A stretch of DNA of 64,000 nt from Octopus sinensis (Eukaryota), in assembly GCF_006345805.1 (NCBI RefSeq), contig NC_042997.1, positions 35,836,001 through 35,900,000 of the forward strand. Reading direction: 5' to 3'. Below the pieces are notes generated by a model that worked only from the letters and a program-made list of their open reading frames with translations, was not told the origin of the DNA and did no database searches. Shown here piece by piece: positions 54,428 through 64,000 of this stretch; within the stretch, counting starts at the first letter, position 1, and every line of letters begins with the position of its first letter. The position numbers and the translations under genes are program-made.

Positions 54428-54673
54428 ATAAATGCGCCCTTTCAAAACCTAGCCAGGCTCATGGGCCCGGTTTCCCGGTTTCAGTGGGGCATGTTTTCCC
54501 CTGCTGGACTGGACGCCAGTCCATTGCAGCGTTACTCATTTTTGCCATCTGCGTCGACTGAAGCAACGTGAAATGAAGTGTTTTGCTCAAGAACACAACG
54601 CGTCGCCGGTCCAGGAATCGGAACCACAATCTTACGATCATGATGCTGACACGTTAACCACTAAGCCACGCGC
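54428..54673 (-). mobile_element. tRNA-derived SINE family D (CORE-like and V-like segments)
   Basis: Minus strand: GCGCGTGGCTTAGTGGTTA (A box)...GGTTCCGATTCC (B box)...TGTGTTCTTGAGCAAAACACTT...ATGGACTGGCGTCCAGTCCAG...GAAACCGGG. Confidence 0.8.
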
Positions 54674-55005
54674 TATCCGCATACACACACTAGCTCACAG
54701 ACAGACAGAAACACACACACACACACACATACACACTCACACACATAAACATATATGTTCTCGTTCTTTGTTTTAGATGCCTAGAAATCATAGACACATC
54801 CCTAGTTCATTCAACCTTAGAAGTGAAACACATCGAGAAAAGCATAATTGCATGAAACACATCGAGTTGGTAGAGCAATGAGCTAGTAACCACTGCATCT
54901 GATTAGATCGATTCATCGCAACACACACTGTTTTACAAAAGCACACATTGCGCAGTTCAGTGAAACATTCAGTCACTGATGCTAAGATTATGAACCGATC
55001 ATTAA

Positions 55006-55238
55006 GGCGGCTAGCTAGCAGAATCGTTAGCACGTCGGGCGAAATGCTTAGCGGTATTTCGTCTGCCGTTACGTTGTGAGTTCAAATTCCGCCGAGGTCG
55101 ACTTTGCCTTTCATCCTTTCGGGGTCGATAAATTAAGTACCAGTTAAGCACTGGGGTCGATATAATCGACTTAATACCTATGTATGTCCATGTTTGTCCC
55201 CTCTATGTTCAGCCCCTTGTGGGTAATAAAGAAATAGG
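55006..55238 (+). mobile_element. SINE family B, full length
   Basis: Nearly identical to 11283-11513; 16-bp TSD TAAGAT(T/C)ATGAACCGA at 54983-54998 and 55239-55254. Confidence 0.9.
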
Positions 55239-55644
55239 TAAGATCATGAACCGAATACTCCAGTATCTAGACCATATGGTTTATCGAATCACTCCCGCAC
55301 ACACAGACACACAGATACACACACACACAGAAGCACTCACATATATGTCCTCCCACATGCAGATATACACTCAGGTACACAAACATGCAGACACAAGCGA
55401 ACTTTCATTCTCAAATGCATACATAGGCACACATATATACAGATATATATTACACACAAGTGAATTAGGATAAATATGGACGTCTACATCGGAACCTCCA
55501 GCTTTTATGTTCAAGAAATAAATTCCTATTTATGTCAATATTATTTGCCGCAATTTGTTTTTTAAGTGGCAATCTGGATAATCTACGAATTTCAGTCTCT
55601 GGGAGAAGCAGAGATCAGCTCGTGTAATGGAGAGCAGAATGATA

Positions 55645-55722
55645 TTAATAACAACAGCAACGACGACGACGACGATGACGATGAAGAAGATGACGGTGAT
55701 GATGATGATGATGATGATAATA

Positions 55723-55772
<50 letters not shown>

Positions 55773-55778
55773 GTAATA

Positions 55779-55846
<68 letters not shown>

Positions 55847-55852
55847 CATAAT
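55645..55852. repeat. (GAC)/(GAT)/(TAA)n compound microsatellite
   Basis: Direct reading. Confidence 0.95.
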
Positions 55853-55861
55853 AGGTAAGGA

Positions 55862-57215
55862 AGGTATCATGTCAGCAACCAATTGTTCTGTATGGATGAT
55901 CTGAAGTTTTTAGTAAGAATGAAGAAGAGACAAATTTCTTGAAACAGAATATAAAACTCTCCAGCAAAGTTATAGCTATGGAATTTCGCATAGATAAGTG
56001 AGTAATATCAGTTATAATAACGGGGCAGATAGTCAACAGAGAAAGCATCTAATTACCAGATGGTCAGACACTAAAATCATTGAAAGGAAGGGAAGGTTTT
56101 AAGTATCTAGGAATATTAGATTTTGACAGAGTACTAAATATAGAAATTGAAACGAAACTTGAGAAGGAGTACATCAGAAGGGTAAGGAACCTAATAAAGT
56201 CAAATCTAAATGGTCCGAATCTAGTTAAGGCTGTTAATAATTTGGCAGTATGGTTACTTAGATACTCATCACCTTTTGTAGATTAGAGAAAAACAGAATT
56301 AGCAAAGCTTGACTGAAGAACTAGGAAGAAATGGAGGACTCCACCCAAAGGCAGGAGTAGCGGTATCATACTTACCTATAAAGGAGAGTAGAAGATAGTT
56401 ACTATCAGTAGAAAACCGTGTGAAGTTAGCTAGAGTAGATATAGACAACTACATAGGTAATAGTGAAGAAAGTTTATTAAAAGCTGCTAGTCACAGCAAA
56501 CCAAAAACGCAAACCAAGTTAAAAACCAGACACCCCCCCCCAGAAATTATCTAACTGGCAGGAGGAGGCGTTCCACAGTAGATTCTCAAAGATTCTTGCA
56601 GAAAATAGTTGTAATGAGACATGGTTATGGAAAAGGGAGACAAAGTTTGTTAGTAGCTGCACAACATCAAGCATTAATGACTAGTAGGATAAAAGCCAAG
56701 ATAGACAAAAACCAAGTAGATTCTCAATGAGGATTATGTAAATCAAAAGAGGAAAACTTTACACATATAGTAAGTGAATGCAGCATGCTGGTACAGAAAG
56801 AATACAAGAAAATACATGACAATCTAGGGATCGCAATCCACTGGGAGTTATGTAGAAAGCTAGGATTTGAACATACTGATAGATGGTATGAACATGAACT
56901 TTGTAAATCACTAGATATTAAGAAATACAAGATGTTGTGTGACTTCAACATTCAGACTGACAATATAATAGAAGCTAGAAGGCTTGAATTAACAGTGATA
57001 CATATAGAGAATAGAAAGTGCCAGATAAATGACTTTACTGTCCCAGATGATGAAATTATTAATATAGAAAAATAGTAAAGTACCATGACCTAGCTATTGA
57101 ATTACGGAGACTATGGAACGTTCGGGTAAAATCTATTCCAGTAGTCATAGGTGAGATGAGAATTATCGCTAAATTTCTAAACAGATGGATTGAAGAAACA
57201 GGCATAAAACCCAGT
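55862..57215 (+). mobile_element. 5'-truncated, decayed R4/Dong-clade LINE (RT C-terminus, CCHC finger, RLE)
   Basis: NQLFCMDDLK (RT motif), MEFRIDK, FKYLGI..EYIRRVRNLIKSNLNGPNLVKAVN.LAV..LRYS, LC..KEENFTHIVSECSML..KEYKKIHDNLGIAIHWELC..WYEH, DFNIQTDNIIEARRL..NDFTVPDD. Confidence 0.88.
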
Positions 57216-57977
57216 CTAGTATGCGTTTCTATATGTGTGTATATTTGTATGTATGTTTGTATTAATTTTATGTATGCGTTTCGCAAGCTGATCGAAGTAT
57301 CTGACTTTCGTTAGATACTTATATGAACACCAATCCTTTCACTCTTTGTACGTCTATCTATTTTTCCCTTCTCTTTCTAATTTTCTGTCTCTTTTTTATT
57401 TTATTTATTTTCCTTCATTCCCCCTTTCTGCCCGACTTCTTATTCTCTGATTTTTTTTTCCTTTTCTTTCTTTCGCCTGTAACAACTAAGTTGTATAAGC
57501 ATACACAAGAGGTTTTGTGTGCATGCGTGTGCGTGGATAAATATATATATATTTTGACTATATATGTCTGTATATGTATGTAGCCATTTTGTTTTAGAAT
57601 ATACGTATATTATAGATTGCTTCGTATGTGTATGTATTGCTGTATGTATATGTATTTTAGCGTAAAAAATCTTTTAATGGATATATCATTTAAATTATTA
57701 ATGTATTATTTTAATAGCTAATTATTTACTCTGGGTATTCAGGCCTTTTTCCTTCTTCGTAAGCTATTTTTGATTTAAGTTTTTCTTCGATTTTTATAAG
57801 AGTATGATTTTAAACCACAATTTGTTATTTCATGCAACAGGTTAATGAAAAGAACGCTTGTTGAAAGGACAAATGAAACGAAGCCATTTTAAAATGTTTA
57901 TCTATCATATAACTTTATCTTGGTCCATTCTAAAGAATATTGTCCGACGAACGGGAACGTGAAATTGCTGCTTTTAA

Positions 57978-58042
<65 letters not shown>

Positions 58043-58044
<2 letters not shown>

Positions 58045-58247
58045 CGGGAAGCTTTACGAAAATAAACAAAAGACGAAGGCAGGTGGAGTACAAACAAACA
58101 ATTGTATTAGTATGGCGCTCAGGAATAGAAATAAAACAAGTCTTTTACGTTTCGAGCCTACGCTCTTCAACAGAAAGATACACAGAAAAGAAACACGGAG
58201 AGAATCAAGGAGAGAAAAAAATGCGTGCAGGAGCTAACGATTCAACA
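58043..58247 (-). mobile_element. ~200-bp repeat with a variant hammerhead-like motif (copy 2)
   Basis: Flanked by (TA)n; minus-strand motif TCTTT-CTGTTGA-A-GAGC-GTAG-GCTC-GAAAC-GTA-AAAGA at 58141-58178. Confidence 0.75.
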
Positions 58248-58479
58248 TATATATATAATTTATCAGATGGGCCTGCCGGAGATATGCGTCCGTGCATAAC
58301 TGACTTGGGGAGTTATGTTAAACAGCAGCACGACAGATCCGACTTCTATTAATCGATAGAGCAGTCAATTTTCCTCTGTCTGATAGCAGTAGCGACAGAG
58401 GTTGTATGGTGGACCAGGTTGAAAGGACTGAAGAAACACATTTCTGTTCGACCAATCCCTCATCAACTTTTCAAATTTC

Positions 58480-59810
58480 AAGAATTTGAAGAGGAGGTGC
58501 TCCAACATGACGAGGCGCGAAAGGGGGCAGGATTACGACGGTCAAGCGCTAGTATGTGCCGGACACGGTGCATACATTCACCACCTATCACTGACAGTTT
58601 CCTCACTGCCCATTTCTGGGTGGGACTAGTTATCTGGATTGTCACCTCGTCCCAATTCTTATCCACCTGGGGGTCTGGTCCGAACCAAACATCATGCAAC
58701 TTTACCGGTCCGTCTGTCTGACACCCAACAATGCTGTTGGACTTGCTTCTCCAGGTGCCGAGCTGCAAGCCCACTGATTTTTCCATGTTAAGTTTTGTTC
58801 CCGTCAACTTTTCATGTTCCTCCAATGGTGTGAGGACTACCTCGATTTCTAAGGTGTCCGACACCATCATGGTGATGTCTGCATACGCAGACACAGCCCT
58901 TCTGCGTCCCAGTTCAAGTGGGATACCCTGCGGCAGCTCGAGTTTCAGCAGTAAAGGCTCAAGAGTCAATGAGCACAGAAGGGAGGAGAGATGTGAAACA
59001 GTTCCGAGATTTAGCCAGTAACTTTGATCACCATGCATATTCCGCTGTAAATTTCTGCTTAATAAAATTGTAAACCCCGTCCCTGTAAACCTTGGGTCCC
59101 GGAAACAATTTCAGCTTCCAGTATCCGGGGCCTAACCTACGCGTCTTTTCTAGGTCGATTGTGCAAAATTACAAAATTATAATCTAAATAGGCGACCGTT
59201 GTAAAATGTGGACATCCTACACTATTTTACTATATATTTTCCTTGTGAAAAATCTATCTATATTCGATCTAGATGATCCTAAGCGGTTGGTCCAGGTCCA
59301 CACTGGCACATGAGAGAAATTTCACTGGTACCTGTAAGACAGTTGGAACTGGCTGATCAGGTGCTTCAGGCTTTTGCACCCGCCGCATCTATCAGCTACT
59401 CCACAAAATCCCAGCGTTGATCTAAGATTCTGTCCCAGCCGCTCACTAGTAGTAAAGGACCAGATGTACCTAGCAAATCTACCTGACGACTAAAGAAATC
59501 CGGCCGTTTGACTCCGGTAGGACCGCATACGGCTACCAGTCTTAATGCACCACTTTCACTATTGCTCACCTCCAGGACCATCAACTTCTCGTCCGAGTCC
59601 CGGAAGATCGACTTTACCTTCAGATTCAATTCTTTCCTTAAACAGCACAGCCACTCCACCTCCCATTCCCGGCCGACTAACAGATGCACATATCTGATAG
59701 TCACCAGATTCGTGGGATGAGCAGTTTTCTTCTTTCTCAAATATTTCAAGACGAGCTCCACCATCTTGTTGAGCTGTGCTTGGTTAAATCAAATTAAACA
59801 CCCACCGAAC
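58480..59810 (-). mobile_element. Tx1/L1-clade LINE ORF2 relic (APE endonuclease and partial RT, internally deleted)
   Basis: APE: DSDEKLMVLEV..LRLVAVCGP..RPDFF..LLLVSGWDRILD. Linker PGYWKL. RT: LSSLLCSLTLEPLL..VSAYAD(D)IT..TGTKLNMEKSVGLQLGTW..VWFGPD..NWDEV..WAVRKLS. Confidence 0.85.
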
Positions 59811-60037
59811 TTATTTGGTGGGCCGAATATAATATTTCGAAGTTCTAAACAACCATAGAAAGCCAGTAACAGGTTCCTGGTGTTCTTATTGATAACTTGG
59901 AATAAATAAATAATACCAAAAACGCATCACACTGGTGTAAGTAAATGGTTTAACCCGAACCAACCTGGAGCGGTTGGAAACACATACTATGTATTCCGCA
60001 GTCAATAATAATAATAATAATAATAATAATGATAATA

Positions 60038-60644
60038 ATACAGTGCCAGACAGTGGTTAATGCCCTGATACAGTGCCAGACAGTGGTTTAATGCCCTGAT
60101 ACAGTGCCAGACTGTGGTTCTCATTGCTTCTGATTTTAACTTTTGGAAGTGTTATCATGTACATTGTTTTGTCTTGGTATAAAAGATGGGCTACAGCAAA
60201 TATTCTGCTCAATACCACAGATTGCTTGTCAGTTGTTTGACCATAACCAGTTGAGCATGTCTCTTAGTGGCTGACGATATGTGCATCTCTGATCACAAGC
60301 AGAAGTAGTGAGGGAGCATCATAGCCGTGTTTTGAAAGGAATTTTTAGAGGTTTGGATAATTCACCTCTGGAAACATGGGTGGTACGTTCAACATCCTTA
60401 AACAACCCTTATTCAAGGACCTTTTGAGCGGGATGGGCTACTCGACCAGAATAATATTCTAACTGGGCCTCACCTGCAAGGTCATGTGCTGCTTATCTTG
60501 ATATGAGATCACCATGTCGCGCACATATGGTTGTGATGCATGTGCCTGATGTACCCTTATCAGACGGGTAGTCATGATGGGTATACTGGGCTTCGTATAT
60601 TTTACCCCAGTGTCACTTTGATTGCCTGCACTGCTCTCTCACTC

Positions 60645-60647
<3 letters not shown>
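60038..60647 (+). mobile_element. Non-coding (TAA)n-flanked repeat (family T), longer copy
   Basis: Flanked on both sides by (TAA)n; 5' end has three ~30-bp repeats of (TGCCCTG)ATACAGTGCCAGAC.GTGGTT; same 3' end as 20548-21028. Confidence 0.85.
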
Positions 60648-60691
<44 letters not shown>

Positions 60692-61060
60692 TTAGAAGAA
60701 AAAAGAAGAAGAAGAAGAAGAAGAAGAAGAAGAAGAGAAGAAGAAAAAGAAGAAAAGAAAGAAGAAGAAGAAGAGAAGAAGAAGAAGAAAAAGAAGAAAA
60801 AAAGAAGAAGAAGAAGAAGAAGAAGAAGAAAAAAAAGAAGAAGAAGAAGAAGAAGAAGAAGAAAAAGAAGAAGAAGAAGAAGAAGAGAAGAAGAAAAAGA
60901 AGAAGAAGAAAAAGAAGAAGAGAAGAAGAAGAAGAAGAAAAAGAAGAAAAAGAAGAAGAAGAGAAGAAGAAGAAGAAGAAAAAGAAGAAGAGAAGAAGAA
61001 GAAGAAGAGAAGAAGAAGAAGAAGAAGAAGCAGAAGAAGGAGAGGAGGAGGAAGGGGAGG
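60646..61060. repeat. (AAT)n followed by imperfect (AAG)n microsatellite
   Basis: Direct reading. Confidence 0.95.
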
Positions 61061-61223
61061 AAAATTAATTAAATAAATAAATGAAACACAAGCTTCAATA
61101 TAGGACGAATCACGTCGTATCTTGATCTGTGAAGAATTTCAACCAAATTTGCGCCGATTATTATATCCTACCGTCGTATCGCATTAACAAAATCATTTAT
61201 GCAGCAATATTGTGATATACAGA

Positions 61224-62008
61224 GGAGGCAAGCTGGGAGAACCGTTAACACACCGGGCGAAATGCTTATCGGTATTTCGTCTGCCGTTACGTTCTGAGTT
61301 CAAATTCCACCGAGGTCGACTTAGCTATTCATTCTTTCGGGGTCGATAAATTAAGTACCAGTTACGCACTGCGGTCGATATAATCGACTTAATCCGTTTG
61401 TCTGTCCTTGCTTGTCCCCTCTGTGTTTAGCCTCTTGTGGGTAGTAAAGAAATAGGTATTTCGTCTGCCGCTACGTTCTGAGTTCAAATTCCACCGAGGT
61501 CGACTTAGCTATTCATTCTTTCGGGGTCGATAAATTAAGTACCAGTTACGCACTGCGGTCGATATAATCGACTTAATCCGTTTGTCTGTCCTTGCTTGTC
61601 CCCTCTGTGTTTAGCCTCTTGTGGGTAGTAAAGAAATAGGTATTTCGTCTGCCGCTACGTTCTGAGTTCAAATTCCGCCGACGTCGGCTTTGCCTTTCAT
61701 CCTTTCGGGGTCAACTAAATAAGTACCAGTTACGCACTGGGGTCGATATAACCGATTTAATCCGTTTGTTTGTCCTTGTTTGTCCTCTCTGTGTTTAGCC
61801 CCTTGTGGGTAGTAAAGAAATAGGTATTTCGTCTGTCTTTATGTTCTAAGTTCAAATTCCACCGAAGTTGACTTTGACTTTCATCCTTTGGGGTCGATAA
61901 ATTAAGTACCAGTTGCGTACCGGGTTGATCTAATCGATTGCCTCTCTCACAAAAAAAAAAAAAAACAGAACATGATTTGGGCCTTTGGCCTAGAGTGGAA
62001 AATAATAT
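61224..62008 (+). repeat. Tandem array of SINE family B body (184-bp period, three full units plus a partial fourth)
   Basis: Units starting GGTATTTCGTCTG begin at 61271, 61455, 61639 and 61823, behind one tRNA-like head. Confidence 0.92.
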
Positions 62009-62144
62009 TGTTAGATACAAACGAGATGACGCCTTTGTTCACAGGCCTTTTAAATTACTACTGAGCATGGGTTAAACGGCAATAACCTGTTAGATATCAT
62101 GTGCTTGCCTTGTTAATATTGGTCAGCGGCTAAGCATCTACTGT

Positions 62145-62215
62145 TGCGGCTGCTGCTGCTGCTAATACTACTACTACTACTACTACTACCACTACTACTA
62201 CACTACTACTACTAC

Positions 62216-62251
<36 letters not shown>

Positions 62252-62328
62252 AACTACTGCTGCTACTACTACTACTACTACTACTACTACTAATACTACT
62301 AATACTACTAATACTACTACAACTGCTG

Positions 62329-62367
<39 letters not shown>

Positions 62368-62481
62368 ATACTACTAATACTACTACAACTGCTGCTGCTA
62401 CTACTACTACTACTACCACTACTACTACTACTACTTCTACTACTACTAATACTACTACTACTACTACTACAACTGCTGCTG

Positions 62482-62517
<36 letters not shown>

Positions 62518-62599
62518 ATACTACTAATACTACTACAACTGCTGCTGCTACTACTACTACTACTACTACAACTGCTGCTACTACTTCTACTACTACTAT

Positions 62600-62646
<47 letters not shown>

Positions 62647-62775
62647 ATGATGATGATGATAATACCACTACTCCTACAATTGCTGCTGTTGCCGCTGCAG
62701 TTGCTGCTGCTACTGCTGTCACTACTACTACAACTACTGCTACCACTGCTACTACTGCTGCTGCTGCTTCTGCTA
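62145..62775. repeat. (TAC)n/(TGC)n compound microsatellite with higher-order units
   Basis: Recurrent CTAATACTACTACAACTGCTGCT units; source of the poly-V ORF. Confidence 0.95.
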
Positions 62776-63381
62776 TTATATTAGTCGAAGAGAAACATGT
62801 TGACGACTTGATGTTTACTCCAGACTTACTATCCTAGTTATTTTCTTCTATAAACACTCCACCTTCAATGCATACAATACCAAACATTATCGACGCTGCT
62901 AATTATTGACGTCGTCATTTAGGCTGTCGACGGTAATGCTGCTGCTGCTGCTAACGATCCTGATGTTGATCGTGATGACGATTCTACTAGTGCTCCCGGT
63001 ACCACAATTACTGTCATTCTTACTACTACAATCTCTCTTACTACTACAAGAATTGCTGTCGCTATTACTACGTCACCGATTGCTGATTTACTGCTTCTGC
63101 TTTTCTGCATTAAATTCTTACTAGAACAATATCCCTTCACCATTTTCAGAAGCAACATAATTTCAAAACTGTTGAGACTACAGTAACTGTTAATACTGTT
63201 ACTGACTGTAGGCAAACTAGCTGGGACTAAGATGCGTCTAACAAATATTATAATATATTTAATTTCATTCCCTAACGCTCTGATTTCAAATCTTACCGAG
63301 TTCAATGCTGCTGTCTACCTCGGGGTTCAAAGCTTATAATGTGCCGAAAGAGAACCTGCGAGACCTCTTTCCTATTGGGGA

Positions 63382-63705
63382 TGGAAGCACTCCGTCGTAA
63401 CCGACGATGAGGGTTCCGGTTGATCCGAATCAACGGAACAGCCTGCTCGTGAAATTAACGTGTAAGTGGCTGAGCACTCCACAGACACGTGTACCCTTAA
63501 CGTAGTTCTCGGGGATATTCAGCGTGACACAGAGAGTGACAAGGCCGGCCCTTTGAAATACAGGTACAAGAGAGACAGGAAGTAAGAGTGAGAGAAAGTT
63601 GTGGTGAAAGAGTACAGCAGGGATCACCACCATCCCCTGCCGGAGCCTTGCGGAGCTATAGGTGTTTTCGCTCAATAAACATTCACAACACCCGGTCTGG
63701 GAATC
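63382..63705 (-). mobile_element. SINE family A, 5'-truncated
   Basis: Reverse complement of about 1180-1503; 11-bp TSD TCTTTCCTATT at 63366-63376 and 63704-63714. Confidence 0.9.
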
Positions 63706-64000
63706 TTTCCTATTATCAAAATGAAGACAATGGAGGAAATTTAAACGATTAATTCTATCCAGTGCTCTAACTTTTGTCTTTGTGTCTGTGTAAGAAATTA
63801 TCAAGTTCAGTGGATTGGACGTTAGTTGTTACAGTGATGCACAAAAATGTGGTGTCGTACTTTACTGGCTCAAATCCAGCTTAGCTCAACTTTACCTGCA
63901 GCACTATGAACTACGATCTCAAACTAATACTAGATCGATTATTATGATTACTCTTTTCTCTTCTAAATTACTGGTCTAAAGATTAGAAGCAATGACGTCT

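Noticed and set aside
60038-60120. CRISPR-like ~30-bp repeats (also the 184-bp array at 61271-61940)
   Set aside because: They are head-to-tail tandem copies without unique spacers, there are no cas genes, and the context is eukaryotic.
60270-60300. CTGACGA in family T as a hammerhead core
   Set aside because: Neither copy has a following stem II plus GAAA.

Overview
AT-rich, microsatellite-saturated eukaryotic DNA, almost certainly intronic or intergenic. The SINE families and repeat landscape resemble an octopus (coleoid cephalopod) genome; this is recalled, not database-checked. No intact host gene, rRNA, true tRNA or CRISPR array is recognisable. Nearly all ORFs in the track are translations of (TA)n, (TAGA)n, (CA)n, (TAA)n, (GAA)n or (TAC)n repeats. 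The real content is a dense set of transposon relics: four tRNA-derived SINE families (about 15 copies, three with visible target-site duplications), at least six Tc1/mariner relics, R4/Dong-, Tx1/L1- and CR1/L2-group LINE fragments, a Penelope-like (Naiad-type) GIY-YIG relic, and two non-autonomous Helitrons in inverted orientation. The most interesting signals are these. (1) A near-canonical type I hammerhead ribozyme at 3071-3150 (minus strand), plus several other hammerhead-like motifs in distinct small elements embedded in (TA)n tracts. (2) A (TAA)n-associated set of R4/Dong LINE fragments and a ~500-600 bp non-coding element. (3) A SINE and a LINE that share a 3' tail. (4) Several long inverted repeats. 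(5) A candidate 27-nt microexon at 52192-52218. Boundaries of decayed elements are approximate, and all family assignments are from motif recognition by eye.
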